Shown here piece by piece: positions 39,138-48,687 of a stretch of 64,000 bases of DNA. The notes under the pieces are model-generated. The model did no database searches. It was not told where the DNA came from and saw nothing but the letters and a program-made list of their open reading frames with translations. Within the stretch, counting starts at the first letter, position 1; each line of letters starts with the position of its first letter. This DNA is from Azolla caroliniana. Its lineage: Eukaryota; Plantae; Polypodiophyta. The DNA lies in assembly GCA_043228905.1 (NCBI GenBank), contig JBHGNT010000011.1, positions 6,944,001-7,008,000 of the forward strand, read 5' to 3'. The position numbers and the translations under genes were made by a program.

Positions 39138-40652
39138 ACGCTCGTTGACATGTGCTCTAGCCTTCTTCTTTTTTATTGAATCATAGTAACCCACACAAAA
39201 ATGTTCGACCGCACTAACCATTCGATCACCAGGGCTACGTGTAATATTTGTTTTAATCCTACAGAGAAATAAAATCATGTTTTAGAGGTATGAATGTCAA
39301 CATATATTAACAAGTATCATAATGATTAAAAACAAACTGTGACACACCAATGCATGTGTTCAGTGGCATGACAACGTGACTTCAGAGCTGTTGTGACTGA
39401 CAGTGATTGCCCCATGCTATGGAATATGATTATCCTCCACAAGGGGGCCAATGTCAGTTCGGAGAAATCCTTTACCATCTTCTCGATTTGGGGGTACTTG
39501 AAAGGCACATCATCATACGTTGATCCCCCAATTCGGAATCCATATGGTATGTCGGCTATCAGCAAAGTGTAGTGCCTTCTCGGTAACAGATTGAGCATTT
39601 GTGATACTTCCCTATGAAATACACTATAATGTACCTGTTTATAAGGATCAGACCTATGCAGAAAACTCTTCACAGTCTCCGAATCCTCAGGCAGTTCCAT
39701 CTCTTTCCCTTTGGTTATTCTCTTCAAATACTTTGCACGTTCTAAGTGTGTGATAAAGGCAGCTGGAATACCATCATAATTGTCGTTGGTCTTTTTTTAT
39801 TTCGATGGTTTCTGCAAGTGTCAATGTTGTTAGGAGAGAACATTAGCTTTCAATGTATTAACATTCAAATGACACATACCCATTCTCTAAAAACAATAAA
39901 ATATTCCTCCAATGCCTTGTAGGAAGAAGTTATCGGGCAGGCTTGCTCCACTTCTTCCCACGTTGGTAACCTCAATTTTTGCATCATCAACTCCAGAATC
40001 TTCATGTATACCTTGTTACTATACAATATATATGAAATTAGAATTTAAAAATCAATAATAGTAGAAGAATATCCTAAAACATTGTATACTATAAACCCTT
40101 ACTTTTGCAATTCAGTAACCATCTCGTTCAAACGAAATTCCTTGGCAACAACTCGGGATAGCACCGATATTAATAGCCTATCATCTTTAATATCCTGTAA
40201 TGACCTCCAAGGTAAACGTTTCATGTCTTTTGCTAACTCCTCGATTACCAAGTCGCTTTTGCCCTTTAACTTCGATTTGATCTCAACTTGTGGATCAATC
40301 CTTCCCTTCTTTGACCTTTGCCCTTTGACCTCTTTTCGCTCCCACATGCTCAATATTTTTTCCTGGAGATCCCACACCTCTCCGGTCTGAAAGGCTAGTT
40401 GAAACCAGGAATCATATTTTCGTAGCCCTTCTGATTTTGTGCTCTCATCCACTGCACTCCCCACTTCCAGTAAACATTGGCGACGCAAACCAAGCCACAA
40501 CTTTGGGCCAAAACGATTTAATGCATCTAGGTACTCATGATGAAAAAATCTGATCCTTTCAATGCATGACCTCTTTTTTCTATAATCATTATCATTGTTA
40601 TGGTCCCATGCTAGTAGCTTCGCCTCCTGGTGAGTGAGTCTTGCATATACTT

Positions 40653-43272
40653 TGTAAAAAGTAGCGTGCGGAAGCAAGTGTGAAGACCGAACAGAAGGAA
40701 GAAAACTCAGGTTTAATGGAGAGCTTGAGCTTACGCAGTATACGCGGGAGAGACAGAGAGAGAGTGGGAGAGAGAAAACACAAGAACTATATTCAACCTC
40801 TATTCTCAACTCTATACATATGTGTGTTCCATGAACACTTTTATACAAGTCCTCGAAGGACTGACCAAAGTACTGACTGTACTTCAATGCTCTTTAAGAG
40901 CTCCTACACTAACTCCCAAATATATTCCTCACGGAATATCTTTCCTAACGGCCTCCCGGTTTACGCACTCGGCCTAACCGATCGGTCCCAACCGATCCGG
41001 TCCTCGGCTTCTTTAGTTGATCCGGCCGATGTTGAGCTTGTCTCTCAACACTCCCCCTCAAGCTCAACTTGAGGCTCTTCGGGATCTTCGGGCTCACAAC
41101 TCCGGTTCCTCCGGGCTTCACGCCTCGCTCGCGCTCCTCGATCTGTTTGACTCCGCGCGGTTCGACCCTTCCGGTCGGCTTGTCTGCTCACGTGGCCCTT
41201 ATCAGCTCTTCTGCAGTTGCGGTGTTGACGCTTCTCCTGCTGCCTTTTCTTCCGCTTGGGCCTCGGTTGATTCAGCGTATCTGAATCAAACATCCGAACC
41301 GACTCGGCTACCTCCAATCGGTTTTCGCTCTCGTCCGAGTTGGTTGTCTCCAACTCGTCTTCGGTCTTCTCGCCCTCGATGGCGTCATCTTCCCCATGCA
41401 TGGTTGGCTTCGGCCTTCTCCTTCGGCAGCTCCGCTTTTGTCCGCTTCCGGGCTTTTCTGCGGGTCCGCCCTCGGCTTCTTCAGCCGATCCGAAGTTGAA
41501 CTCGACAACCGACTCGGTGTCGCGGTCTCTGCTCCTTTCCTGCTACCTTGCTTGGTCGTTCGGGACTGTTCTCCCCCTCAAGTTTGGCACGTCGAGGTGA
41601 CACAATCCGAGCGCACCTGAGAATTGCCGCAACTTGTCCAGACCAAGAGGCTTTGTGAAGATGTCGGCAGTCTACCGATCCGTCGGAACGTACTCAAGTT
41701 CGACTTCACCGGAAAGGACACGCGCACGGATGAAATGGTAGTGCACCTCAATGTGCTTGGTCCGTGTGTGGAAAACGGGGTTTTTCGCGAGCTGGATGCT
41801 GCTGAGGTTGTCGCAGTAGATCGTCGTCGGATCTAACACCTCCTCTTGCAAGTCCTTAAGTAGCCATTTCAACCATATGGCTTCGCATGTCGCGACAACC
41901 GCTCCTCTGTACTCAGCTTCGGTGCTCGACAGTGCAACTGTCGACTGCTTCTTACTGCTCCATGTGATCGCGGCACTCCTGAGAGAGAACGCATATCCGA
42001 AGCCACAGAACCAGCACTCCACGATGGCCTTCCCTTGCCGGTTCTCATCGCTTCGACTCCCCCTGTTTCCGGAGGGTCCGGAGTTGCTGTCGGCATCACT
42101 TCGGTGCCTTCTTCCTTGATCTCGTTGGCCGCCTCCATTGCGCGCCGACTCGCCTCGTCCTCCACGTCCACGGGGCCTATCTCCCTCCGTGTACAACATT
42201 CTATTGTCGGTGTGCGTGCTTGTAGATGCACCCGCGTGGTTCTCCTCTACCAGGAGCATTGACTGTAAGTCAAAATAGGACGACATATTCTCCCGGGTAC
42301 ACACAACAATTCGGAACGCTCCGAACTTCGATGCCAAACCTCCGAGACAGATCTGGACCATCTCGCTCTCCTCGATGTTCACCTCTGTGGAGGCGAGGGA
42401 GTCGCAGATATCATTGATCTTCGAGGTATAGTCTGCCACCGACAAGTCGCGTTGTCGTAGGTTGTTCAACTCCTGTTGGAGCTTAAGCTTCCTGGCTATG
42501 GTGCTCGCGGCGAAAATCTTCTTCAGATTTTCCCACGCACCCTTCGGCGTCTTTGCATCCCGAACATAGCTCAATAGTTGTTCGCCCACACACGACGCGA
42601 AGCAGTATAATACCCTGCTCGCCGATTGCTCCCACGACGGGAAGTCTCTATGTGTCGATTCGGGTGCCGCGTCATTAGCTCCTTCGACATAACTCCAGTA
42701 GTCGTGCCCGAGCAGGTACTCGTGCATCTTGTAGGACCAAGACGCGTAGTTGGTTCTGTCGAGCTTCTCTGTTGGAAGCAAGCTCGCCATGCCTCTATCC
42801 ATCGTTCTTCTTGTTCTTCTTCATCAAGCTGTGTCGGCTGTAGAGAGGTTCTCAACCCTCGCGCTCTAATACCATGTAAAAAGTAGCGTGCGGAAGCAAG
42901 TGTGAAGACCGAACAGAAGGAAGAAAACTCAGGTTTAATGGAGAGCTTGAGCTTACGCAGTATACGCAGGAGAGACAGAGAGAGAGTGAGAGAGAGAAAA
43001 CACAAGAACTATATTCAACCTCTATTCTCGACTCTATACATATGTGTGTTCCATGAACACTTTTATACAAGTCCTCGAAGGACTGACCGAAGTACTGACC
43101 GTACTTCAATGCTCTTTAAGAGCTCCTACACTAACTCCCAAATATATTCCTCACGGAATATCTTTCCTAACGGCCTCCCGGTTTACGCACTCAGCCTAAC
43201 CGATCGGTCCCAACCGATCTGGTCCTCGGCTTCTTCAGCTGATCAAGCCGATGTTGAGCTTGTCTCTCAACA
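40653..43272 (-). mobile_element. Non-autonomous internal-deletion derivative of copia B
   Basis: 398-bp LTRs 40653-41050 and 42875-43272; PBS and PPT present; perfect TSD TACTT. Confidence 0.95.
41672..42802 (-). CDS. gag: Open Gag fused in frame to the RNase H C-terminus (376 aa)
   Basis: Gag nearly identical to 16023-16820 up to ECWFCG, then FGYAFSL...HTRTKHIEVHYHF. Confidence 0.85.
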   Translation of the reverse strand: MDRGMASLLPTEKLDRTNYASWSYKMHEYLLGHDYWSYVEGANDAAPESTHRDFPSWEQSASRVLYCFASCVGEQLLSYVRDAKTPKGAWENLKKIFAASTIARKLKLQQELNNLRQRDLSVADYTSKINDICDSLASTEVNIEESEMVQICLGGLASKFGAFRIVVCTRENMSSYFDLQSMLLVEENHAGASTSTHTDNRMLYTEGDRPRGRGGRGESARNGGGQRDQGRRHRSDADSNSGPSGNRGSRSDENRQGKAIVECWFCGFGYAFSLRSAAITWSSKKQSTVALSSTEAEYRGAVVATCEAIWLKWLLKDLQEEVLDPTTIYCDNLSSIQLAKNPVFHTRTKHIEVHYHFIRARVLSGEVELEYVPTDR

Positions 43273-44546
43273 TACTTTACATTCGGCGTACTTAAAGAAG
43301 GGGGTGAGAGGGTATTCTTTTACAAGTTGTCTACGAGCTTCAACCGAATGCAATCCTCCAATTACATAATATGTATAATCATCAACAAAGCTATACTTGA
43401 AGTCTACTACTGTTGGACATTGATCTTGATCGACCATTACTAAAAATGGCACGATAGTAGCATGAGGATTAATCTTCATTTTGCTCTTCAAGTTTTGCAC
43501 ATGGACAACGTGCAACTCTCTAATTTCTAGGGGAGGTCTTCTAGTCAAGGGATCAATTGGAGGTCCCTGGATTGAAGTAATTGGCAAATGAAACAGCTGC
43601 CCCTTATGCACAAGTTTTGTCTTAACAATATTTTCTCTTATTTTATTTTGTTCAGACGTCAATACACCGGAAGATAGTTGACCTCCTGGAGCCACGACAT
43701 CGAGTTGGTGTTCTTCTTCTTCCTCCACGAATTCTAAGACCTCTTCATCATCTTCGTCGGGTCGTGGTCATTTGTTGTATTTCTTATGAACCGGATTTGT
43801 CTTTCTAGACTTTTTTGGTGGAGTTTGTGCTTCACCGCCCATCATTTCTCCTGTCACATACGGCCGCAGTGCAACTAATATGTTGTTCATCGTTTGAATG
43901 TCTTTACGTAATGACTTCGGGTTGCAACATTATACTACTAGCTTTCCCTCGTCAGGACGCAATCGTCTAGAGCCAACAGAGATCGAGACATTGATTATAA
44001 TACTCGAAGAATCACTATCTTCATATTCTAGCTTGGTTACATCTCCATAGTTAAATGTTTTTCCAAGCTCCAATTTGCCTTTACCATTTGACTTAGCTGT
44101 TATTAAGAGTAGCACACCATCTTCCTCGACATAAGAGAGACACCATTCTAACTCTAGGTAATTCTTATATTTATGTTCAGATGTTTTCTCTTCCTGGGCC
44201 CCACCCTTGCTATTTTTGGTCGTTGCAATAGAAGACTCAGATGCTCCATCCCCCGTTGAGTTAAATAGAGTTCTTCTAGAGACATCTTTGACAAAAGAGT
44301 CAGAATCTCGCTTTGTTGGAGTGTGAATCTTTAGTTTAAATGAAGGAACTTTTTGACGAGAGTCACTGAAATGAAGACAACATCCTATTTAGGTTAATTA
44401 CAAACAAGACCATATTATTTGAACAAAAACGATGGAGAAAGCAGTAAAATAAAGAACAATTAAACACAAAACACAAAAAATAGTATCAAAATGATGACAA
44501 AACTATGATGAGGGACATAAATTTTCTATCTGCAAAACTCTATTTT

Positions 44547-44705
44547 TTCAACCAAAATCCGATGCATTGTGGAAGATAGTCCTCCTTTCAACCAAAATCC
44601 GATGCAGTGCATCGGATTGTGGTTGAAAGCACTGCATTGGATTTTGGTGGAAGATAGTCCTCCTTTCAACCACAATCCGATGCACTGCATCGGATTTTGG
44701 TTGAA
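44547..44705. repeat. Array of long palindromes in flip and flop orientation plus half copies
   Basis: TTCAACCAAAATCCGATGCA-G-TGCATCGGATTGTGGTTGAA (44587-44627) and its exact reverse complement (44665-44705). Confidence 0.9.
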
Positions 44706-44899
44706 TGCCTTGATTGTGACATGACTCCTCCTGAACCATCTAGTGAAGTTTAAGTGCATTTTAATTCGATGGTGTGTTTCCGTAACAAAATATTTGGGGA
44801 TTATTGCTTATTGTGAAAAGGAATCTTTAAGGCATCTTTTAGAATCTTAAAAAATGTAAAGAATATTGCTAACTTGGCGATCTTCTTTCCCTTGTTCAT

Positions 44900-45205
44900 G
44901 ATGCCTGGCAGAGGTAGTGCTTCGGAGTGCTTGAAATTAGTCTATGCTCTGAGCTCGATGGATTCTTTGTCGCGATAATGAAAATGAAAATTCAAACTTC
45001 ATTATATATATATATGTTTTTTTTTAAATAAAAATTAATTTTTAATTAATTTTTTTGAAATTTCTCTTCCTAAAAAGTGTTATAGTGTAACCAATAACTC
45101 ATGTCTAGTTCTAATAGTTATATAGTAAAGATTCAAAGTTCCTTAATCTTTTCTATAGAGGAGTTCGGTATATAGCCCTTTGATGGTAGTGCCACAAGGT
45201 ATGTC
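44900..45205. promoter_or_regulatory. Putative bidirectional AT-rich promoter between the MTase and transposase genes
   Basis: (TA)n TATA-like run at ~45002-45015 between two divergent starts. Confidence 0.4.
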
Positions 45206-47597
45206 TTGATAGTTTCGAGAATGTCTTCTTCTACAAGTAGAACGTCAGTTTTTTCTATTGCCCCCTTTTTTTTGTCCAACAACTCGTATTTCTCAATAGA
45301 AGAGTACGATTACAAGAGACATTCGAAAGGCTCGCATAAAAAACAGAAAAGTGAGGCTCCTAGTACCTCGAATTCTCTTTTTTCAATTGATCTTGTTGAT
45401 GACCCTCTTCATGTAAGCTTAGACGCGGAGTCCGTTACTTCAATAGATAACAGTAGTATTAGTAAACCACTTGTACTTAAAAAAATCCCTCGACAAGTTA
45501 GTGAAAAGAGACTTAATTTTTTATGTTCTGATCGTCAACTTCTTTGCAACTTCAAAAAAACATGTTGTGCGAATCTCTGCCTTTTAACTTGTGGAAAGTT
45601 GAGGTTACGTGAAACACGACAAAAATATTTGTCGCTTAATGGGGAAGAGCAGGACACATTTCTTCTTTCGCATATGCAGCTTAAAATGGATCACAACGCA
45701 GGGTCTAATTCCACGCAGGTTGAATATTTCCTTGGACTATATACTAAGTGTTGTCGAGCCACTTTTAAAATCGCTCATATAGCATTGGAAATATGCGGCT
45801 GCAACGAGTTCAAGAGCGTCTTCTAAAGGGATCGTGGATACCGTTGGATCGAAATGGTTCTGGATGTAAGGGTCAAATTGGGCAACACGCAATTAGGTGG
45901 ATGGAAGTATATTTTTCAAAACAGTGCGACATTATGCCTACGACAGGAAGACCACATTTGTCAGATAACTTTACTCGAAGGGAAGTTTACCAATCATACA
46001 GGGACGACATGTCAGTAGATGATGCACGTTACATAAAGCATAGAAATTTTAATCGATTGTGGAGGTTACAATTTAACAATGTGGTTATCCCACGAAAGAT
46101 ACGAATGGGAGTCTGCTCAATATGTGCAAGTTTAAAAAGTATGGCCAAGGGTGGAAAATCACATGTAGAGATAAGGAATTACAAGAATCTATTAAAAGAA
46201 CATCGTGAAAGTCAAGCATTGGAACGTTCTAAGGCTATGCATCACCGACAAAAAGTGCTTCAATCTCCCGAAAAGTATATCTGCATGATTATTGATGGCA
46301 TGGATCAAAAGAAGACTTGTTTGCCGCATTTCCAACGACTCCCAAAAGATATTGCAGATGAGTGCCTCGTGCAAATGCATCTAGTATGGTGTTTGACATA
46401 TTGTCAAACAATAAGGCCACAAGTATTCTTAACTTATCCTAATATCCACAACGACCCTAATCTCACTGTCACCGTCATGCACAGAGTATTGCAATCATGG
46501 TCGGGCATAGTACCGCTAGTTCTATACGTGCAACTAGACAACACAGCAAGAGAGAATAAAAACTCAACTGTCTTCGGTTATCTAAGCATGCTAGTAGAGA
46601 GGGGCATATTTAAAAAGATAAAGGTCAACTTCTTATTAGTTGTTCATACCCATGATCACATAGATCAAATGTTTAGTAGATTCTCAAAGAAACTAGCTCG
46701 TTGTAATGCTTTCACGCTTACCACGCTATCAAAATTGATAAGTGAAGCATATACACCAAAGCCTGAAGTACATCACTTGAAGGAAGTGTACGACTTTAAA
46801 CGTTTCTGCATGGATGGTGATGGGACTAAATGTAGGGTGCTTGCACCTCTTAATAATATAAGTTTCAACCATGTCTTCCTCATAAAACAAACCTCGGCCC
46901 ACGTCAAGATGACGGTGTTGTTTGCAAAACAATACTCATCTAGTACACAATGGGAGCCCCAAGAAGGTTGTAGGCTCCTACTTCATATCCCAGATGAACC
47001 ACTGCATGGTGCACAGAAAATGCCATATGATGATCATAAAAATGTGGCACCCAATAGTTCTATTGATGAACAAAGGGCATATCGGTTGCGATGTCTTGAA
47101 GAGAAACAAAAGAATATTGATCGCACCGAGAAGTACGCCGGTGATGAGGATGTTGAATGGTGGGAGATCTTCTTCACCTGTCAACGCACCATTTTAGATA
47201 ATTACATTGACGGATTTTGGCCAATCCATAACCCATTCACATGGAATATTGGGGTGCCATCAATGATATCGCCGACTCATCATCAACCATTGAATAATAT
47301 ATAGAGCATCATAATTTAGTCCAACCACTGGAAAGAGATATTTACATGGGACCAAGAAAGTCACGTATTGTTGAGGCAAGATGGCAAGGTAATTTGCAAG
47401 AACTACAAGTTGGAATGTTGGTCGCAACATTAGCTGGGGGTGATAACTTGGGCCATCCATTTTGGATTGCAAAAATTATTGAATTAGTGAAGGATGAAGA
47501 AGGCAATCAGACAAAGTCAATTGTGGTCCATTGGTATCAGACATCTTCACTTGATGCATTTACGGGAAAGTATTCTTTAGAGATGGTTAAGGATGTC
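45206..47597 (+). pseudogene. Sola-like DDD (RNase H fold) transposase with Cys-rich N-terminus and C-terminal BAH-like domain; two frameshifts, 3' truncated
   Basis: CCANLCLLTC...CSIC; IIDGMDQ; QLDNTARENKN; HTHDHIDQMFS; then PFWIAKI...IVVHWY. Frameshifts near 45790 and in the (AT) run at ~47297. Confidence 0.75.
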
Positions 47598-47752
47598 GGA
47601 TTATGGGGGAGTGTCGAATATTGGTCTATAATGGCCGTATTCACATTGTTGCCCTAGCTCATTTGGTATATAATGGGCTTTGTAATCTAGTTGTTGCCAT
47701 TGTTTCCATTGATGGAAAAGCTTGAATAATACAGTTCTTCTTGTGTGCCTTC

Positions 47753-47786
<34 letters not shown>

Positions 47787-48687
47787 CTATTCTTGCCTTC
47801 ATCTTGTGCGCTCGGTGATCTTCATCACAAAGTGTTGTTGATGTTTCCGCACTAACGGTCTTAGACGCCAACACACATAAGATGTATATATACCTCATTG
47901 TGGGTATCTTTGTTCTTTGATGCTTATTAATATAGAGAAAGTTCTTTAGCTACACTCTTGTTAATCATCCCCCATTTATCTTATTGTTCGTAAATGTATC
48001 TTCCTCGCTCTCTTCCTCTCACACACATATCACATAATCTTCCGTTGCTTAATCACTGATGTGATTAACTACTCACATAATTAGTTACTAATTGACCCTT
48101 AGTTAATTACCTAATTATTAACATGGTATCAGAATGTGTGGTTTAGTATATCCACTAAGCCCACCTAATTCATAGTGAGTGAGTGTTCGATACACCGACG
48201 ACAAATCCGACCACCGTTACTGTAGTACCACCACGTAGCACGAGTACGTGATTGAAGGAAGAAAAAACAAAAAGGAAGACACTACATCAACATGAACATA
48301 CAAATGGGTAGCTCGCTCCTTAGTGAAAAGCTAGACTGGAGCAATTTCTCATCTTGTGAGTACAAAATGAACCAATACCTAGTTGGCCAAGGGTATTGGA
48401 GCTACATCAACAATGCACTCGAAAACAAACCCGACATCACAAATGCCAACTACCCAACATGGGAGCAAGGAGCAAGTCGGGTAATGTATTGCTTGGCAAC
48501 ATGTGTCCACGATCACATGCTTAGCCACATTCGAGACACGAAGACACCTAAAGAAGCGTGGGAGAACTTGAAGAAAATCTTCGCCTCCATTACGATTGTC
48601 CGCAAGCTTCAACTCCGGCAAGAGTTAAACAACATTCAACAAAAAGATATACATGTTCGTGTCGGACTGCACCATCAAGATCAAGAG
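47598..48687 (+). mobile_element. Copia fragment: PPT + LTR (47612-48123) + PBS-iMet + gag start (48292-)
   Basis: ATGGGGGAG|TGTCG...TTAACA|TGGTATCAGA; gag LLSEKLDWSNFSS is homologous to copia B. Confidence 0.8.

Larger units (their letters stand above)
31339..44899 (-). pseudogene. Spliced ParB-like domain + beta-class N6-adenine/N4-cytosine DNA methyltransferase gene, interrupted by two LTR elements
   Basis: Predicted exons: 44899-44874 (tentative), 44365-43273 joined to 40647-~40101, ~40024-39880, ~39812-39348, ~39260-39138 joined to 31872-31704, and 31613-31339. GT-AG introns. ParB-like YYVIGGLHSVEARR...LTHQEAKLLAWDHN; motif IV LLIADIPYG (39542-39553); HMHWIKTN; NPYQKPQRLINRLLELFSNPDDWVLDLFSST (31780 region); TTTACALKMF*NCVALEKD. 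Confidence 0.85.
30900..47597. mobile_element. Putative large DNA transposon (Sola-like transposase plus ParB-methyltransferase cargo); termini not identified
   Basis: Divergent transposase and MTase genes embedded in pure TE/NUMT context. Right side cut by a copia element; left boundary is a guess. Confidence 0.55.
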
